A DNA stretch of 64,000 bases from Marsupella aquatica (Eukaryota > Plantae > Marchantiophyta): positions 15,506,816-15,570,815 of the forward strand of contig OZ316895.1 in NCBI GenBank assembly GCA_973895155.1, in the 5' to 3' direction. The position numbers and the translations under genes are program-made. The notes under the pieces were generated by a model. The model made no database searches. It was given only the letters and a program-made list of their open reading frames with translations, and had not been told where the DNA came from. The stretch's first letter is position 1. Every line of letters begins with the position of its first letter. Of the stretch, positions 60,023-64,000 are shown in pieces.

Positions 60023-63000
60023 ATGTCTCAATCAGACACAGATTCACCTTCCAGCTCAGTTGAATCCTCTCCTAATCTTGTCGCTCGCTGTTTGCCAAGT
60101 CGCATACTTAAAGCTCTACCTCTCTCACAGCAAATAGTGCCCGAAATCTCTGACTCAGATTCTGATGCAAGTTCTGGTCCTGAGCCTAGTGCTTACTATG
60201 TGTCGCCTAGTAAACCTGAGAAGCGTCGTCTCTTGAGCGTTCCATCGCCAAGAAATGAGAAACTTTCAATCCCAGGTTTAGGTCCGAGATGTTGCTTCAG
60301 GCCATCCATCCCGGGTTATGGAGAGGGTATCCGGCGACCGATACGCGTATCGCAGTCGGCATTCAAGTCGCCACATTGGCCTCATTCACAATTGGAGGAC
60401 CCAAAAGGAACGTCACACTCAAAAGTGACTATAGTTTATGATGCTTTAGGACATCATTTGTAAGGTGTAATGAGATGATATGCAAAATTTGATGTACTAT
60501 ACGTAATAAACATCCTGTAGGTTGGTAACATTCATTAAACTATCTAGCATTTGAGACTTTGAAGCTTTCCTTATATGTCCTTCAAAGATTGATAAAATGA
60601 CTTGTCACGCAACGAGTCACATCATTTCAGGACTAGAAAGGACTCTAAAAATTGCATTTTAGACAATGAAATTTTACCAAGGCATGCATACTAATAGAAT
60701 AATCTTATATTTCAAAACTCAAATATTGACACACACTAAACCTTTATGTACAGGACAAAAATAATAAGTAATTTTGGCTTATTTAGGGCCATCAATAAAA
60801 GGATCCTTTAAAAAAGTTAAAAACTTGATTTATCTACATGGTGAGGTAGGTTACACCACGTAAAATAGTCTTGTGAAAAAATTAGACTTAAATGTCTTGA
60901 GATAAAATCATGATGAAGCTTTTTCCATGTTACAAAAGTCATTTTTCACTAAAAAAACATGTTTTTGAGTCCTGAAAGTGGTTCCTGTGAGGTACACCCA
61001 ATTGTGAATGAGACCCATTCAACACAAGTTCAATGACGGATCTTTCAGTCTCCGGGTGAGGATCGGGACACAGAAATACAAAGACCGATACGACGATCGG
61101 TCTTTGCATTGCCTGGACTGGATGTGCGAGCAAGCGAGGGAATCGGACTGCGAAGTCCAGACTCAGGCCTTTCTCGAATGGTCCGTGGGAATCGTGGTGA
61201 ATAAGTGCTCAATTTTCCAGCAGCTCCCGGAGTCGTTGGGACTGCACGTGCGAATCCAGAATCTCCAAGTTCTCAAGGGCGGACTGTCATTGGTTCCAGG
61301 CTCCAGGTATCGAGGAGAGGTCTTAGTGGCGTTCGGGTTATGTATAGAGAGCCACGGAGTCCAATTGTGTTTTCAGATGAGTCGACTGCATCGGAGGACG
61401 AAGATGAGGAAGGAGATGAGGAAGGAGATAGAGAATCCGATATAATAGCACAAGTTGTGTCTGAATGTTTAGAAGGAGCTATCGAAGAGAATAGCTATAG
61501 TCGTCTATTCAGTGCCCCTCTAAATGCATCAAGGAGATCTATAGAGGATGGTAGCTCAGCAGAGAGTGATGCATCTATTCGCGAGGCACCTGAAGGACCC
61601 AAAAATGCCAATGTTATGAACGGATTTCAGGTTGTAGAGAAGTCAAATCAGCCTAGTAAAAAAGATAGGGACTGAATTACTAGGAAAGACAATGTGATAA
61701 ATGACAAATTGAATAGAAACAAAATGAGAGAAATTCATAAGTATTCGTGTTGTGATAATTACTGTCTGCGGAATTCGGGTCTGCTAGCCGTGATGAAACA
61801 ACGCACTTATTACTATGGGCTATCCTACCCAGAGAAGAACGTCCTTCTAAGAGGATGTGTAAAGGGTGGGCATGCTGGTGCAAGTGGTTACTCAGTTAGC
61901 GGTAGATCCTTTTGTCAAAGTGGTTTTAAGAAATTATTTTCACTAGGAAATAATCGTCTCCAAAAAATCTCGCAGAACATGTTTTCTCGGATACAGATCG
62001 GTACAGTTTGTCGAGAAAAATCACCCGCACATCTTGGTCTCGTCCAATGGCTGGATGATTTTTTTTCCACAAATGTCGAGAGTCTCCCCAACAAGGATAT
62101 CTTTCATTTACCTGACAATTGGACAAAAACATAAGTTTTTGATGCCTTCCAGTCCGAAACCTAATGCGCCAAGAACAAGGCATGACATATTCGTGGTTTG
62201 TTCGCATTTGGAACAAGGAGTTTCCTCGCGTGCGCATCCCCAAAAGGAGCCGTTTCTCCACCTGCGCCCCGTGTACTGAATTCAAAGCACTCCGTGACAA
62301 GGCAACACTCGAAGCAGAAAAGAGTAAGTTTCTAAACCTGTGTGTTACTCCCGATAATTTTATCGGGTTGAGTATTCATGTGCTTCTTCTTTGGCCATGT
62401 GAGTGAATATATCGTTTGAATAGTTTGAATACTGAACCTGATAAATTTATCGCTATCACAGTTTTTCATTACGGTCTTGTGTTTGAATACTGAACCCGAT
62501 AAATTTATCGTTGTCAGGGTTTATCATTACGGTCTCGTGTTTGAATACTGAACCCGATAAATTTATCGCTGTCAGGGTTCAACATTGCGGTTATCATGTT
62601 TTGTCCTAAACATTTTTATTATTGTAGGAAAATTCTCAACATTGCTAAACGAGCATCGAAAGGCACAAGCAGTCGAGAGGGAGAAGTTAGCAAAGCACCG
62701 GAGCAAATGTTACAAGAGTCCGGAGAAATATTTGGGCATCTGTATTGATGGAATGGATCAAAAGAAGACAGAGATACCTCATTTCATTCGGTGTCCGAAG
62801 AATATGGATGAAAAATATTTCATCCCCGTACACGTAGTGGGTTGTTTGATCTTCACAAACAATTAAGTTCAAATGTTTTTTTGAACTATCCAAATATTCA
62901 CAATGATAGCAACCTGACCATCCACGTTATCCAGCATATTCTGAATACCTGGGAAGGTCTGCTCCCTCCAGTGCTTTACCTCCAGCTTGATAACACAGCT

Positions 63001-64000
63001 CGGGAAAACAAGAATAAATATCTTATGGCATATTTGAATATGTTGGTGGAGATAGGTGTTTTCCAGAAAATAAAGGTTGGTTTCCTATTGGTAGGGCACA
63101 CCCATGATCAAATTGATCAAATGTTTAGCAAGTTTTCTTCAAAATTGAACAAGCGAAAAGCTTTCCGGTTGGACACTCTTTCAGCAATCATAGAGGAATC
63201 CTACAATCCTACGGCAAAGATATTTTTCGTCGAGGAGGTTGCCGATTTCAAGAAATTTGTGTCAGACAAAGATCAAGCAAATGACAAGGATATGGATGGT
63301 CAGGTTCTACGTACTCTCCACGGCATAAGTGCTCAAAAACAATTTTGGATTACTAGAGTACTCAAAGATGGAAGTGCTCGGTCCGTATTCCATGCCAAAC
63401 ATCTTTCAACGACAATCGATTGGGGGGAGACGGTGGATTTTGTTCAATACATTCCATCATCTGGAATGTGGGTCGCACCGCAAATGGCATTGAAGTCGGC
63501 CACGGGAGCGACAGGAGACAATGAAGAGCAAGAGAATGATGCTGAGGAACAAGATGAGCGGGCGGCTCAAAGTTATTTGTCAACTCTTCAAAAATATCGA
63601 AGAGCAATTGAAGATGGATTTAATTACTTTGACGACGCAGATCGTCTATGGTGGGGTCATTTTTTTGACAAACAAAAAGAAGTGATTCAGCACCACCTGA
63701 AACCTGCACAATGGAGTTTTGATTGGAGTTGGCCCAAGGTAAACGTACAAAGAGAACTTCCGAGTAATCCTACGGAAGCAGCAATGGAACCTAGCTTGGT
63801 TGATAAAGTAGCGGGTGTGAGGACAGTCATGTATTCCGGAAGTCGAAGAAAAGTCACGGAAATTGGAGACTTCAAGGATCTAGAGGTGAATACTAAATTT
63901 GCAATGATATGTGTAGTAGCCCATCAGGATCCCAAGGGAAGACCATTCTGGATGGCAAAAGTGACTGAGATTCTCACAAGAATTAACGACATCCCGGAGC
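60023..64000 (+). pseudogene. Sola1-like DDD transposase, runs off the window end
   Basis: CCDNYC, FC...F..L, RFSTCAPC, IDGMDQKK, LYLQLDNTARENKN, FLLVGHTHDQIDQMFS; intron 62324-62627; stops and frameshifts; AT-rich interruption at ~60410-60990. Confidence 0.85.
62424..62600. repeat. ~58-bp tandem repeat x3 inside the Sola1 intron
   Basis: TTTGAATACTGAACCCGATAAATTTATCG... units. Confidence 0.9.

Overview
Eukaryotic land-plant DNA, probably a bryophyte or other non-seed plant (inferred from TTTAGGG-like repeats, GT-AG introns and Sola-type transposases). The window is almost entirely a nested transposon cluster, and I see no clearly intact host gene. (1) A complete but defective Ty1/copia LTR retrotransposon lies at 327-7026 (minus strand, TSD AGAGT). 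(2) A protein-kinase gene (12821-13523 + 52785-53729) is split in frame by a Sola2-like DDD DNA transposon (13524-52784, ~32-bp TIRs, TSD AGGA, ~11-kb core). That element carries a coiled-coil/RING gene and an RPA70-C-like OB-fold gene. (3) Two CACTA/En-Spm elements are nested inside it. CACTA-1 (18184-28280, TSD TTT) has an intact SET-domain exon inside the first intron of tnpD, spliceable to the same first exon as the transposase. CACTA-2 (31131-49206, TSD CAT) has an apparently intact tnpD plus open cargo ORFs: an EDM2-like PHD module, a tandem BRCT resembling plant DNA polymerase lambda, and a Cys/His-rich orphan, as well as an RPL18a fragment. (4) Downstream are a second RING pseudogene, a hAT transposase pseudogene and a Sola1-like transposase pseudogene. 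The main candidate for a new system is DNA transposons carrying their own chromatin-writer, chromatin-reader and DNA-repair adaptor modules. Family assignments come from motif recognition by eye; no database searches were run.
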